64,000 bases of DNA from Mobula hypostoma (lineage: Eukaryota), in NCBI RefSeq assembly GCF_963921235.1, contig NC_086097.1:153576001-153640000 (forward strand), given 5' to 3'. The first letter of the stretch is position 1, and the number at the start of each line of letters is the position of its first letter. The position numbers and the translations under genes were made by a program. This document shows, one piece after another, positions 21,990 to 34,929 of the stretch. The notes beneath the pieces are model-generated. The model was not told where the DNA came from, searched no databases, and saw only the letters and a program-made list of their open reading frames with translations.

Positions 21990-23620
21990 TATAGGATGGA
22001 GATTGAAAATCTAGCGGAGTGCTGCCACTACAGCTAGCTCTCAATCAGTGTCTGCAGGACCAAGGAGATGATTATTGAGTTCAGGAGGAGGAAACCGAAG
22101 GTCCATGAAACAGCCCTCATTGGGAGATCGGAGGTGGAGAAGGACTGCAATTTTAAATTCCTTTTTTGTTATCATTTCAGAGGACTTGTCTTGAGCTCAA
22201 CACGTAAGTGCAATTATGAAGAAAGCATCACAGCACCTCTACTTCCTTAGAAGTTAGCGAAGATTCAGCATGACAGTTAAAACTTTGACAAAAGTTCTAT
22301 AGATGTGTGGTGGAGAGTATATTGACTGTTTGTATTAAAACCTCGTATGGAAACACCAATATCCCTGAACAGAAGTAATGGACACAGCCCAGTCTGTCAC
22401 ATGTAAAGCCCTCCCTGCCACTGAGAATATCTACACACAGCGCTATCAAAGGGCCATCATTAAGGCCTCCACCAGCCAGGCCATGTCCTCTTCTCACTGC
22501 TGCCAGCAAGAAGAAGTTACAGGAGCCTCAGGACCCACGCCACCAGTTAGTACCTTTCTCTCAATGCCGCAAAAACAAAGGAGCTGGTTGTGGACTACAG
22601 GAGGAATGGAGACAGGCTCACCCCTATTGACATCAGTGGATCTGGGGTTGAGGGGATGAACAGCTTTAAGTTTCTCGGCATAAACGTCACCGAGGATCTC
22701 AGCTGGTCTGTAAATACTGGCTGTGTGGTGATAAAAACACAACAGCGCCTCTTTCAGCTCAGACGGTTGAAGAAGTTTGGTGTGGGCCCCCATATCCTAA
22801 TAAGTTCCTATAGGGGGATAATTGAGAGCATCCTGACTGGCTGCATCACTGCCTAGAATGGGAACTGTACTTCCCTCAATTGCAGGACTCTGCAGCGAGT
22901 TGTGTGGACAACCCAACGCATCTGTAGATGTAAACTTGCCACTACTCAGGACGTGCACAAAGACAGGTGTTTAAAAAGGACCCGAAGGATCACTGGGGAC
23001 CTGAGTCACCCCAACCACAAACTGTTCCAGCCTCTACCATCTGAAAAGCGGTACCGCAGCACAAAAGCCAAGACCAATAGACTCTGGGACAACTTCTTCC
23101 AGGCCATCAGACTGCTTAACTCATGCTGACACAACTGTATCTCCTATGTTATATTGACTATCCTGTTGTACATACTATTTGTTATAAATTACTATAAATT
23201 TCCCATTGCACATTTAGATGGAGATGTAACGTAAAGATTTTTACTGCTCATGTATATGAAGAATGTAATTAATACGGTCAATTCAATTCAATACCTCTCA
23301 ACCATCAGGCTTTTGAACCAAAAGGGATAACTTCACTTGCCCCATCGTTGAACTTTTCCCATAACCTACAGACCCACTCTCAAGGGCTCGTCATCTCATG
23401 TTTGTGATATTTGTAGCTTATTTATTTATTTATTTATTTGCTCTTTTTGTATTTGAACAGGTTGTTGCCCTTTGCACATCGGTTGCCCACCCTGCTGGGT
23501 TTTGCCTTTCATGGATTCTGTTGTGTTTCTTGTATTTACGGTGTAGCCCGCAGGAAAACAAATCTTAGCGTTGTATATAGTGACATGTATGTACTTTGAT
23601 GATGAATTTACTTTGAACTT
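21990..23620 (+). mobile_element. Older Rex1-like LINE 3' part with a younger Rex1-like copy nested at about 22556-23291
   Basis: ORFs 22068-22250, 22590-22856 and 22902-23129 (FKFLGINVTEDLSW, IESILTGCITA). Two separate tails, (caatt)n and (actttg)n. TACCT occurs at both sides of the inner copy. Confidence 0.85.
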
Positions 23621-25289
23621 TAAACTTTACTTTGATGATTCAATGGTGTGTCCAGGTACTTCATCATTGTTGTGAGAGTGTCTGCTTCCACCAGCCTCTC
23701 AGGCAGTGCATTACAAACTCCAGTTGTCTTCTAGAAGAAAAAAGATCATCACAATTTGCATTTGAAACATCTTACCTCCTACCTTAAATCGTTACCTTAG
23801 TTTTAAAATAGCTCTGCTATGTGGAAAAATACTATTCATTATTGGGTTAAAATAAATTTATTAAAGTTAGCTGAAGGCAGATGTACCTCTTATAATTGTT
23901 CACACTCTACTAGGCTCTCTCCAATGAAGACAAACTCAGCCTATCCAATTTCTCTTCAACCCTCTACCCCATAAAGTTCAGGGGTTGCTAAAGCATTGAC
24001 AGAAGAAAGAGAGCAGGTGGTGACCTTTAATATAGAATAAATATGTATAAGAAGTGGAATGAGGCAAGGATTCCTTTTCAATTGTTGCTATCTTGTCAAA
24101 ACACACCATCTGAACATTCATGCACTGATTGATCCCCTGGGCTTCCTGCATCTGAATAAATGGGGAATAATACTTCAGTAAAGTATCAACCACTTCAGGA
24201 AAGGCCTTATAGTTGCCTTGGAATTGTCAGCTTGATCATAGTAATTATGTTGCTGTCCTATGGGAAAACTATATGACAGCAGTTATAAAAAGCAATAAAA
24301 TTTATGTTTCAAGCTGATGCAGTGGTCACAAAAGAATTCAGCTGGATATATTAAGGAATGTATTTTTAATTCTCTTTGATCTTGAATCTCTTATTGCAGT
24401 AAACAAACACCAAATATGACAAAAATAAAGGTAAAGCAAAATCTTAAATAATTGGTTGTATAAAACCACATTTACAAAGAAGAAAAAAAAATGAATTTAC
24501 AAAGGACTTCTGCCTTTGCCTCAGTTGAGTCTAAGTGCCTTTAGTGAATAAGGAATTTATCACAACAGACTTCAGTAGATGTTTAATTCCACCATTAATA
24601 ATGTTAAACATACCTTAAACCTTACAACATCCTACCGACTCTTGGAGCCACTGATAAGTACTATTGCTTCACAGAATGCTTTCCACATTTGTCACCTTGA
24701 AACAAATCATATCTTGACATATTCGGGTTAGTCTTTACCTTCTGAACTTGTTGCTGAAGAACGGTTCAGAAATGTCAAAACATAATGTGGGAAACAACTA
24801 TTTCTTTCACATAAGCCAGGGGAGTTAAGAGCTGACAAATAATATTGGAAAACAGTCTCAAGCTCAGTATGTTTTAAGAGTCAAATTAGTTATAAATTAG
24901 AAAAGAAACATTAAATTAATTGTGCTTATTTCTTTAAATGAAGATGACAAATGCTTTAAAAAGAAATATAATGAAACAAAAATTAGTACTTTTTACATAT
25001 TATTTTAATCTGAGCTGAGGTAAATGTCAACTACATTTAGCTTTTTTTGTTTTTATGTTATTAATGTTTGAGTTAACATCTCAGTGTGTAAACAGATCAT
25101 TTTAAGCACATCTGATCTGGGTAGAGAGAATATAAGTTAAATGTTTTTTGGCTTCAGTGGAAACTCTACATAGAGCCAAATATTCTCAAACAGGCAAGGA
25201 TAACAACTCCTCTCAGTTTCTAATCATATTTAACACATATCCATTGTTTGTGCTGCAACAGTTTTTTTTTCCTAAAAGTATTCACATTC

Positions 25290-25425
25290 TGGATAGGTAC
25301 ATGGAGCTTAGAAAAATAGAGGGCTATAGGTAAGCCTAGTAATTTCTAAGGTAGGGACAAGTTTTCGGCACAACTTTGTGGGCCGAAGGGCCTGTATTGT
25401 GCTGTAGGTTTTCTATGTTTCTATG
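25290..25425 (+). mobile_element. CR1 extreme 3' end
   Basis: gataggtacatggagcttagaaaaatagagggctat...(tttctatg)n. Confidence 0.85.
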
Positions 25426-25454
25426 ACTGAATATACTAAAATCAATAATCTAAA

Positions 25455-26625
25455 ATAAAGGGCAAACAGGAGATCAACAGGTTAGGCAGCATCTGTGGAG
25501 GAAAAGAGATACTTAACATATTGGGTTGATTCGCTCTATCAAGACTGCAAGTATGTAGGGGAATATAACCAGTATAAAGAAGTGAGGGGGAGGGGCAAGC
25601 AGCAAATTATAAGTGAAACAGGGATCAAGGTGAAGATGGGTTGGTAAACAGATGGGATATGGAGGAGTAGCATCAGCGAAAGGAGTTGGGGAGTGATCGG
25701 TGGAAATAACTAAAGGCTGCAGATTGTGTAGTCTGAGAAGTGAGGGAATTAGTGAAAATAGATAAACAATGGATGCTGGGTGGATGGAAACAACGGAGGG
25801 AAGAGAGGAGATATGGGACGAGATGAGTAGAGTATGTGGATGGCAGACAGGTAGTGTTGCAATGAACGAGGCTAACCCAAGCGCAGGACACAGGCACGGA
25901 GGTAGCGTTAGGATGTAGACGCAGGCGTGAGCGTAGAACGGCAAACAGGAGAGCGTGCAGGAAGGCAGGAGACAGGCAGAACTGACCTTGACATGAAGCG
26001 TAGAAAGGCAAGCGGCAGACAAAACTTTTCTTAGCATGGAGAGACAGGGTTACATAGGTAAACCTCAGAACTGGAGTAGAACTTAGAAAACTTATCTTGA
26101 CACGAAGAGACTGAGTTTCACAGGTAGTTCTCGGTACTGAAGCAAAACTTAGAACACACAGTCCTAAGCGGTCGGGAAATGTTAACTATCACACAGGCAA
26201 AAACAACGATCTGGCAACTAGAGGGTGCAAAGCCCGGGTTCTTATACTGCATGTCTTGATGAAAACCAGGTGTGCCGCCATCAAAGGGAATTAGGAGAAA
26301 ATGGGGAATTAACGGTCGGGACCGTGACAGATAGAACCATGTATGGAAAGGAAAAGGAACTTGATGATAGGATATGCAGAAAGAATGGGGTGTGCAAGAG
26401 AACTTGAATGAATTAGGTCAGAGAAAGGAACAGAGGGAGTCTAGGTTACCTGAAAGTGGAGAATTCAATGTTCATGCTGTTGGCTTATAGACTACACAAG
26501 TAGAATATGAGCTGTTGTTCATTTGGTTTGCCTTGGCTGCATCCTGGCAGTGAAGGAGGCTGAGTTCGGAATAGTTAGTGTGGAAATGGTGAGGGTTGTT
26601 GAAGTGTCTTGAAACTGGGAACTCA
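25455..26625 (-). mobile_element. Old PLE 3' end split by a solo LTR
   Basis: pLTR-like ggcagcatctgtggag at about 25485, a purine-rich UTR, and a GIY-YIG C-terminus-like stretch (aattcaatgttcatgctgttgg...) at 26450-26620. Confidence 0.7.
25855..26329 (-). mobile_element. Solo LTR, 475 bp, probably Gypsy-type
   Basis: Minus strand starts TGTCAC and ends CAACA. TSD GGTAG (25850-25854) vs GATAG (26330-26334), 4 of 5 matching. CpG-rich relative to the host. Confidence 0.75.
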
Positions 26626-26932
26626 AGATGCTGATGTCAACTCCCCTCCCATATCTGTCCATACACCCAAGAAATCCCCTTACTTTTCCCTCTCAAGTAT
26701 GACAGCATGTATTGCCCAATAGCCTTGAAATTGGTTTGGGAACTATTGCCTCACAATGTGTTCACAATGACTGGAACAAAAGAGGGGAAAAGCCAGAAGA
26801 GTGGAAGAGCCAAAGGACTGAGAAAAGTGAAAAGATTCAGAATTTTTATCACTTGTAGCTTCCTTGTCACCCTAATTCCATCCTTTGTCACCTTTATTCC
26901 CTCTCTCACAGCTTTCCATCAATTACCTTAAC

Positions 26933-27857
26933 TTATAGAATGTACAGCACATTACAGGCCCTTTGGCCCACAATGTTGTGCCAACCCTCAAACCCTGCCT
27001 CCCATATAACTCCCCACCTTAAATTCCTCCATATACCTGTCTAGTAGTCTCTTAAGTTTCACAAGTGTATCTGCCTCCACCACTGCCTCAGGCAGTGCAT
27101 TCCACGCACCAACCACTCTCTGAGTAAAAAACCCTCCTCTAATATCCCCCTTGAACTTCCCACCCCTTACCTTAAAGCCATGTCCTCTTGTATTGAGCAG
27201 TGGTGCCCTGGGGACAAGGCGCTGGCTATCCACTCTATCTATTCCTCTTATTATCTTGTACACCTCTATCATGTCTCCTCTCATCCTCCTTCTCTCCAAA
27301 GAGTAAAGCCCAAGCTCCCTTAATCTCTGATCATAATGCATACTCTCTAAACCAGGCAGCATCCTGATAAATCTCCTTTGTATCCTTTCCAATGCTTCCA
27401 CATCCTTCCTATAGTGAGGTGACCAGAACTGGACACAGTACTCCAAGTGTGGCCTAACCGGAGTTTTATAGAGCTGCATCATTACATCACAACTCTTAAA
27501 CTCTATCCCTCGACTTATGAAAGCTAACCCACCAGAAGCTTTCTTCACTACCCTATCTACCTGTGAGGCAACTTTCAGGGATCTGTGGACATGTACCCCC
27601 AGATCCCTCTGCTCCTCCACACTACCAAGTATCCTGCAATTGACTTTGTACTCTGACTTGGAGTTTTCCTTCCAAAGTGTACCACCTCACGCTTCTCTGG
27701 GTTGAACTCCATCTGCCACTTCTCAGCCCACTTCTGCATCCTATCAATATCTCTCTGCAATCTTCAATAAGGCTCTACACTATCTACAACACCACCAACC
27801 TTTGTGTCGTCTGCAAACTTGCCTACCCACCCTTCTACCCCTACATCCAGGTCGTTA
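26933..27857 (-). mobile_element. Young CR1 3' part
   Basis: ORF 26988-27620 is nearly identical to the C-terminal part of ORF 46938-47720. Confidence 0.95.
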
Positions 27858-28759
27858 TGGACATTGATAACACTGTTCATTTTAATAGCAGCATCTTGCA
27901 AGCCTTTTCCCCAATTGTTCTGAAAACAGTCTTAATGCATTCATGTCCCTACCTTTATAATCTCACAAAGATCATTGCAAGGTTTATTCCCTCATTACTG
28001 TACTTTATTCCAAGCATTCCCTTCTATTTCCTAGAATCCCTCTCTTTCTTCCGGCAATCGTTTGCATAATCCTTCAAACGATGACTCTGTCTCCTAGGGC
28101 TTGTACATCCTGGAACATGCTTATGAGAGCTATAAAACTCTGCTTGACATTGTTCACGTAATCAATCTATACCCATTTTCCACAGCATGCTGCATTTTAA
28201 AGAAAAATTGTAATAACCACATGGCAACTTAGTTAATTTTGATAACAATACCAATATTTTATAGTTTCCAAACAAAATTTCACAGATCACAATTATGAAC
28301 GGTCCTGCATTAATCTATAACAAATCCAGATCATGGAACCTACTCAATCATTTATTTCTACTCACAAATGAAGCAGCCCATGCCTGCACTTAGCAAGATT
28401 TAGACAACCTCCAGACGAACACTGATATTCATTGTCGTTGAGTATAGCTCCTAAAACTGGCTTGCCAGCTGTGAGTTTCTGAGAGAACTGCTGGTCAGTT
28501 TTGGTGTACAGAGAAATTTTTTTCTGACATTTACGTCTGTGTATTGCCAGGAATATGGAAGATTTTAGATTTTTGGACTGGATTCAGCACTGAGTGGTGG
28601 GGGTGGCGGGGTTTGCAGAGCTCAGAGACGGTGGATGCACATCACTGAATTCCACTGAAAACAGATTTGCTGTTTTTATTTTCATTTCTCAATGTTTTAT
28701 TTAATTGGTGTGCACAGAGAAAATTCCAGAAACATATGGATGAGAAGAGAAGACTGAGC

Positions 28760-29055
28760 GGTGTCTTTATAGATGGCTTTAGAATTATGAAGGGCTTCGA
28801 GAAACTTTCTGCTTATTGGGGAGCCTAACTAAAGGCCAAGGAATCCAGCAAGAAATTCAGAAGAAAATTTTTTTGTCCAAAGACCATTAAGAATGTGGAA
28901 CTCACTACCACAGTGACTGGTTGAGGTAAGTAGCAGAGATATATTCCTGGGGAGGATGACAAGGATGTGAGGGGAAAAGGAAGTGAGGGATATAGATACA
29001 GGAAGATGGGAGGAATGTATTGACAAGCTGGGTCAAATAGCCTGCTTCTGTGCTA
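28760..29055 (+). mobile_element. Degraded CR1 3' end
   Basis: attatgaagggcttcga...aagaatgtggaactcactaccacag... Confidence 0.6.
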
Positions 29056-29519
29056 CTTATCTGAAAATAAACTCCCACCACAACAGCAGTGTGTCAAGGT
29101 ACCTTTACCAGAAGGACTGCAGCAGTGAAAAAGGTAATTTTTCTCTATCTTTTGAAGGACATTTGGGGATAGCCTTCCCAGTGATAGCTCTATTCCAAAA
29201 CTGAATTTAAAAAATTGAAAACTAATGTCTTTGATCATATAAATTACAAGGCAATCTGAATCGCGTAGTATACTGCCATGGAAACTCTCATTATTTTGAA
29301 ACATTTTCTAGTGATGCTTCCTACTCTTTTGCAGCATGGATTGATTCTTCTGTTCATTTGATCTTTTCCTCACCTATGTAAGATGTTTGTATTCATCAAG
29401 ACATGTTGGAAATATTGGCCAGGTCCAGTCATTAGTGTCTAGACTCCCTGCAGGCTGAACTTGGCGAACTCAGATTGGTTGACGATTAATTCAGATGGAA
29501 GTTACTAATCCCACAGGAG

Positions 29520-29860
29520 ACCCATAAACCGGATCCAAGCACATCGTTATCATCAGCACTTATGAAGGGATCACCTCTTGGGTGAGGTGTTAAAGTGAGG
29601 TCCCATCTGCTCTATCATGCAGAAAATTCTGGGACAATACTTTTAATGAAGAAGAGAAAAGATACTTCCAGCATGCAGACTGATTATTATAACACAACCA
29701 TGATAATTAAAGCAGGTTGCCCTATAGCTAAGATGTTTCTATGAACAGCATCCTGCTGCTTTTCCCTACATTAGAACATTGACCAAGTTTCTTAAATTTA
29801 CTATGTACTGCAGAGTGCTTAGAAATGTTCTGAGGTCATGAAAACTGCTTAACAAATAGA
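29520..29860 (+). mobile_element. DeuSINE-like relic
   Basis: gaggtgttaaagtgaggtcccatctg...gaagaagag...tttccctacatta...ctgaggtcatgaaa (recalled similarity). Confidence 0.5.
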
Positions 29861-29889
29861 CATTATGTTGCTCATAGTTAATTTACATC

Positions 29890-30200
29890 TCACAGACCAT
29901 GAAACTATAAAATATAGGAGTAGGATTAAGCCTGTCAAGTCCACTTTGCCATTTAATTATGGATAATTTTTTCAATCCCATTCTCTGAATTCTGTACAAA
30001 GCCCTTAACCTCTTATGAATTAAGGATCTATGGTTCTCTGCTTCAAGTACAGCAAATGACTTGACCACCATAGGCCTCGAGGGAGCAATGAATTCCACAG
30101 ATTCAACACCCTTTGGATGAAGAAATACCTCTCCTCATCTCAGTGTTAAAGGGACATCCCGTTATTCTGAGGCTGTGATCTGAGATCCTGGACTCTACTA
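29890..30200 (-). mobile_element. CR1 3' fragment
   Basis: aatgaattccacagattcaacaccctttgg...aagaaat; tail at about 29895-29925. Confidence 0.7.
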
Positions 30201-30910
30201 CTAATCAAATCTTAATTTCCTAATACCCATAAGTAGTATTACAATACTTAAGCATTACACAGTTTAATCAAACAGCTATGGAGTGAAAAAGGATCTAGTG
30301 CTTTCCCAGCGTATATGACGAATAAACTCTTCTCAGCCTTCAAGCTGCGTGTATGTATTGATTATAACCAATGTTTTGATGACAAACTCTGCCATCTTCT
30401 TTAGGGATTATGCCTGGGTAAATAGGACCTTTAAAACGGCTGACAAAGGAAACAGGAAACCTAACAATGAGGAGGAACCCATGACTACTGCCTGTCTTCC
30501 CTATACTTCCACGGTTTCTGAAAGGATCGGCAGGTTCCTGAAAAAATAACAGATTAATACCATCCACAAACCCATAAGGAAGCTCAAGTCACAGCTTAAG
30601 GGGGTCAAAGTTGACCTGGCACTCAGGTCAGCTGGTATTTACAGGATTCCCTGTGAATGTAGAGTAGCATATATTGGCCGGCCGCATCAAGGAGCACAGG
30701 AGGTGTATCCATTTGGGGTACCTCGAAAAATCAGTGGTTGCAGAACACTGCATTCGCAATGGCCATAGGATTAACTTTGACAGCACAAAACCACTGTGCT
30801 AGGCCAGTGGCTTTTGGGACCACCTGGTGAAGGAAGCCATTGAAATAAAACTAGAGGAAAAAATTTTTTAACCAAGCTGAAGGTCTCACTCTAAGTAAGA
30901 ACTGGAATTC

Positions 30911-31318
30911 AGAAGAATGAGAGGGGATCTTATAGAAACATACAAAATTTTGAAAGTGATAGATAAGATAGAAGTAGGAAAGTTGTTTCCATTGGTAGGT
31001 GAGACTAGAACTCGGGGACATTGCCTCAAGATTCAGGGGAGAAGATTTAGGACAGAGATGAGGAGAAATTGTTTTTCCCAGAGAGTGGTGAATCTGTGGA
31101 ATTCGCTGCCCAGGGTAGCAGTTGGGGCTTCTTCACTAAATATATTTAAGAAACAGTTAGATAGGTTTTTACATAGTAATGGAATTAAGGGTTATGGGGA
31201 AAAAGATGGAGCTGAGTTTAAGGACAGATCAGCCATGATCTTATTGAATGGCCGAGCAGGCTCGTTGGGCCAGTTGGCCTACTCCTGCTCCTATTTCTTA
31301 TGTTCTTATGTTATTATG
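30911..31318 (+). mobile_element. CR1 3' end nested in the Poseidon-like PLE
   Basis: ORF 30917-31393 contains RGDLIETYKIL...FSQRVVNLWNSLP. (ttatgttc)n tail. Confidence 0.9.
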
Positions 31319-31418
31319 AAATTGATTGTAAACAAAGTGAGAGAGCAGAAACCTGATTGGATGAGGACTAACCAGTCAGCAGGGATGGGCTAAAGAGGAC
31401 TAGCCTTACCCAGGCATC

Positions 31419-31460
31419 ATCCCTGAAGAAAATAGCAGAGTTTGTCATCGAATCATCAAT
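31419..31460 (+). ncRNA. Decayed hammerhead motif of the second PLE family; sister copies at about 30366-30408 (minus) and about 20977-21004 (partial)
   Basis: Three-copy consensus ATCC-CTGAAGA-A-GATGGCAG-AGT-TTGTCATC-GAAA-CA-TC-GGTT. No single copy is intact. Confidence 0.6.
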
Positions 31461-31847
31461 TATAATCGATACCTATACCCAATTTGAAGCCCAAGAAGAG
31501 TTTATTACCTATGAGGTGATTTAAGAATGCTGCTGGCCACAGCTCCAAAATAAATTCCCAGCAGGTGGACTCCATCCTGAAGTACACATTTAGAAAATTG
31601 GCCTTTCACTGTCACCTTTCTGAAGATTGTATTCTGGTTGCCAAGGTTGCTAACAACCTCATGGTCTCATTCTGGCAAATGATTGTAGGGTAAATGCACA
31701 AGAAGTGGTTATTGGCCATTGACAGCATTTCATAAGGTGGGTGTTCTGCTCATGTTGCTTGTACCGAAAGTGTATTATGTTAACTGGAAGGTAGAGTGAA
31801 GTTTTATCAAGGCATACACCACTGGTCCATATGTCCACCAGTATAAC

Positions 31848-32350
31848 ACCATAAGACCATAAGATATGGGAGAAGAATTAGGCCATTCAGCCCGTTGAGT
31901 CTGCTTCACCATTACATCATGGCTAATCCAATTTGCCTCTCAGCCTCAGTTTCCTGCTTTCTCCCCATATCCCTTCATGCCCTGACCAATCTAGAATCTA
32001 TCAATCTCTGCCTTAAATATGCATAAAAACGTGGTCTTCACAGCTGCCTGTGGGAAAGAATTCCACTGTTTCACCACTGTCTGGCTGAAGAAATTCCTCC
32101 TTATCTCCATTCTAAAAGGATTCTGATGCTGTGTCCTCTGGTCTTAGACTCTTCTACCATCAGAAACATCCTCTCCACATCCACTAATTCAAGGCCTTTC
32201 ACTATTTCATTGGTTTCAATGAGGTCACCCCTCATTCTTCTGACTTCTTGTGAATAGAGGCCCAGAGCCATCAAATCCACGCTGGAACAATCCACTCAAT
32301 CCTGCAATCATTTTTGTAAATTTCCTTTGAACCCTCTCCAGTTTCAGCAC
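31848..32350 (-). mobile_element. CR1 3' fragment
   Basis: ORF 32101-32295 contains RRMRGDLIET; (ccataaga)n tail. Confidence 0.85.
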
Positions 32351-32619
32351 AGTATCTAAGTGATGTTTATTGTAAGATCAATCCTATTGGAATACAACCG
32401 AAAAACCGCTAACCAAGGAATGTGCAAGTATTTTATCTTTTGGAAATGAGGAAATGAAGATTTTAATGTGCGATTAATCTCAGGTGCACCTCATTGTAAT
32501 CTTACTTTCTTCATAAACTTATCTAGTTACTACTTTCCCTCGTAAAATCTTCTGTAAATTTGCTGTTGTTTTTGATTTATTTTTCAATGAAAAGCTTTGT
32601 AATTTGGGTGCTATTCAAG

Positions 32620-33580
32620 CAGACCATGTAAAGCATAAGTTCATGGAGGTAGTAATTACAAACCAGAATGTAATATGCAATGTTACAGTTACAGAGAAGG
32701 TCCTGTGAGATAGATAAATAAATAAACTGAAAAGATTACAACAAGATAGTTTGGGAGACCAAGTTCATTTTTAGAGTGGTCTGTTCAAGTGCCTGATAAA
32801 AGTGGGATTGAAGCTGTCTTTGAGTCTGGTGGTAGCTGATTTCAAGCTTTTGTGTCGTCTGCCCAATGGGAAAGGAGAGAAGAGGGAATGATGAGGTGGA
32901 AGGCTTTCGTAATTATGTCGATAGCTTTCTTGAAGCAGCAGAACATGTTGACAGAGTCAATAGAGGAGAGGCTGGTTTGTGTGTGACTTGTGCTGTGTTT
33001 ACAACTCTGCAATTTCTTGAAGTCTTAAGCAAAATAGTTGCCATACCATTCTGTGATGTATCAAAATAGGTTTTTATTTTATGGTGCCCCTATAAAAATG
33101 GTAAGAGTCCATGGCGTTATGCTGAATTTCTTTACCATTCTGAGGAAATAGAGGAACTAAATCACTTTCTTGGCCATAGCATCAATATGGCTGGACAGGA
33201 AAATTTGTTATTGATTTTTTACATAGAAATTTGAAGATCTTAGACACTTCAATATTAATACAGACAGCAGTATATACTCTACCTTGCTTCCTGAGCTCAG
33301 TCAACAATTCATTTTGCTGACATTGAGAGAGAAGTTGTGAACTTGACACTGTGCCATTAGGCTCTCAATTTCCTTCTGGTCCTCAATCCAAACCACTGTG
33401 ATTGGATTATCATCAAACTTGCAAATGGGTTTAGAGTAGAATCTGGGCACACAGTCATAAATATATCGGGACTGAATAAGGGGCTGAGGATGCAGTCTTG
33501 TGAGACACTATAGTTGAGGATAATTGTGGCAGAACCTTTGAGCCTTTCCTTATTCATTGAGGTCTTTTGCTCAGGATCCA
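32620..33580 (-). mobile_element. Old Rex1/Babar-like LINE fragment
   Basis: ORF 33357-33581 contains VSQDCILSPLF; colinear with other Rex1-like copies. Confidence 0.65.
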
Positions 33581-34662
33581 CTTTCAGAGTGTGCTTTATG
33601 TAGAGTCATAGGTTGAGGACATTGGGGATGATTTCAGTTGGAACTAGAAGCATGAAAATAAATAAATATTAATAGATGAATATTTCATAGATTTTGTATA
33701 TCCCTCATCTTGGGAATTTACTCAGAATGTTAGCCATGAATATCCTTCAGTTCTCTGCTGTGACAAACGATGGTTAGAGCAAAGTTACACAAATTATTTC
33801 TCTATTGACAGCTTTCCTTTGTGCACAAGGCAATGAAGTGGTTATTACTGAAATAAACATACTTAGGATATTACTCACTAGAATAAATTAGCATCTGAGA
33901 AGTTTGAAATAAAACATTCCATAGTTTCAATATTCTCCCAATGGAACAATTTAATCTTCTAAATTTTCCCATTAGGCTTAATGGTCCAAAATTTCCTGGA
34001 GATTTGTGCTATTGAACCAATGTACAATAGATGCATGACACACAGTTATTAGAAACAATGATATTCATCATTACTTATTTCACTATTTTAAGGTGCTGCT
34101 CTTGTTGATGGCTATAATTTAAAATAAATCATATCAGATAAAATCAATGCTGCTCTATTTTTCTCGACTAATGATGGGGTCCATGCCAAAGCCTATAAAA
34201 TAATATCTAGCAAAAACCTCATTTATTGCTCCAAACTTGGTTTTCAAATTTAAAATGCTTCCCAGTTATGCTGAGATCATTTGCTTAGATTCCAGTAACT
34301 TCAATCCCATTGAAAATAGAGTGATCTAATATCCTGCTGATTCACTATCACTTAAATTACACTGTTGCACAAATTCAAAACATGCTCCATGGCTCTGATT
34401 TATTTCTAAAATATGAAGTCCTATCTTGAATCTCACCAAGATTTATTAAACAATGTAAAATGCAACTTTTTAAACACTCAAGTGATTTTCCAATCATTGC
34501 ATAATTTGATACGTCCCAAATAGTCACCAACCAGACTAGTCAGCATCTGTGTTTGGAACTCTATTACCATCTTCAACTCTTCCTACAAAATGTAACTAAT
34601 TGTTGATCCAACAAGCCTGGGATCATTTACCTGCAGTCAAAGTACCCATGAGGCATTTGATG

Positions 34663-34790
34663 CTGATAAAGGGCTTCGGCCCAAAATATCGACTGTTTAT
34701 TCCTCTCCAAAGGTACTCTCTGACTTGCTGAGTTCCTCCAGCATTTTGTGTGTGTTACTTAATATTTCTAGGATCTGCAGAAACTCTTGT
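34663..34790 (+). mobile_element. PLE pLTR fragment starting at a decayed hammerhead core
   Basis: ctgataaagggcttcggcccaaaatatcgactg...gctgagttcctccagcattttgtgtgtgtt. Confidence 0.75.
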
Positions 34791-34929
34791 ATCTAGAAGA
34801 AACTGTTCCATTTTTATGTTGCCTAAGAGCAATGGAACCAGAGACTATCCGCAAGTCTTTGGCAAACAAGGATCCACAGATGTCCAGATGGAAGGAATGG
34901 CAAATTAATAAAGATGAAGACTGAAAAAA

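Larger units (their letters stand above)
30286..31506 (+). mobile_element. Poseidon/Penelope-clade PLE: inverted pLTR (30286-30420), GIY-YIG region (30420-30910), 3' pLTR (about 31320-31506); interrupted by a CR1
   Basis: Manual translation gives CLPYTSTVSERIGRFL, AGIYRIPCECRVAYIG, IKEHRR, KSVVAEHC..NGHRINF, LVKEAIEI. 30318-30420 and 31407-31506 are inverted repeats. Confidence 0.88.

Noticed and set aside
25513..26037. 174-aa minus-strand ORF
   Set aside because: It spans a solo LTR and a pyrimidine-rich PLE UTR, and has no protein motif.
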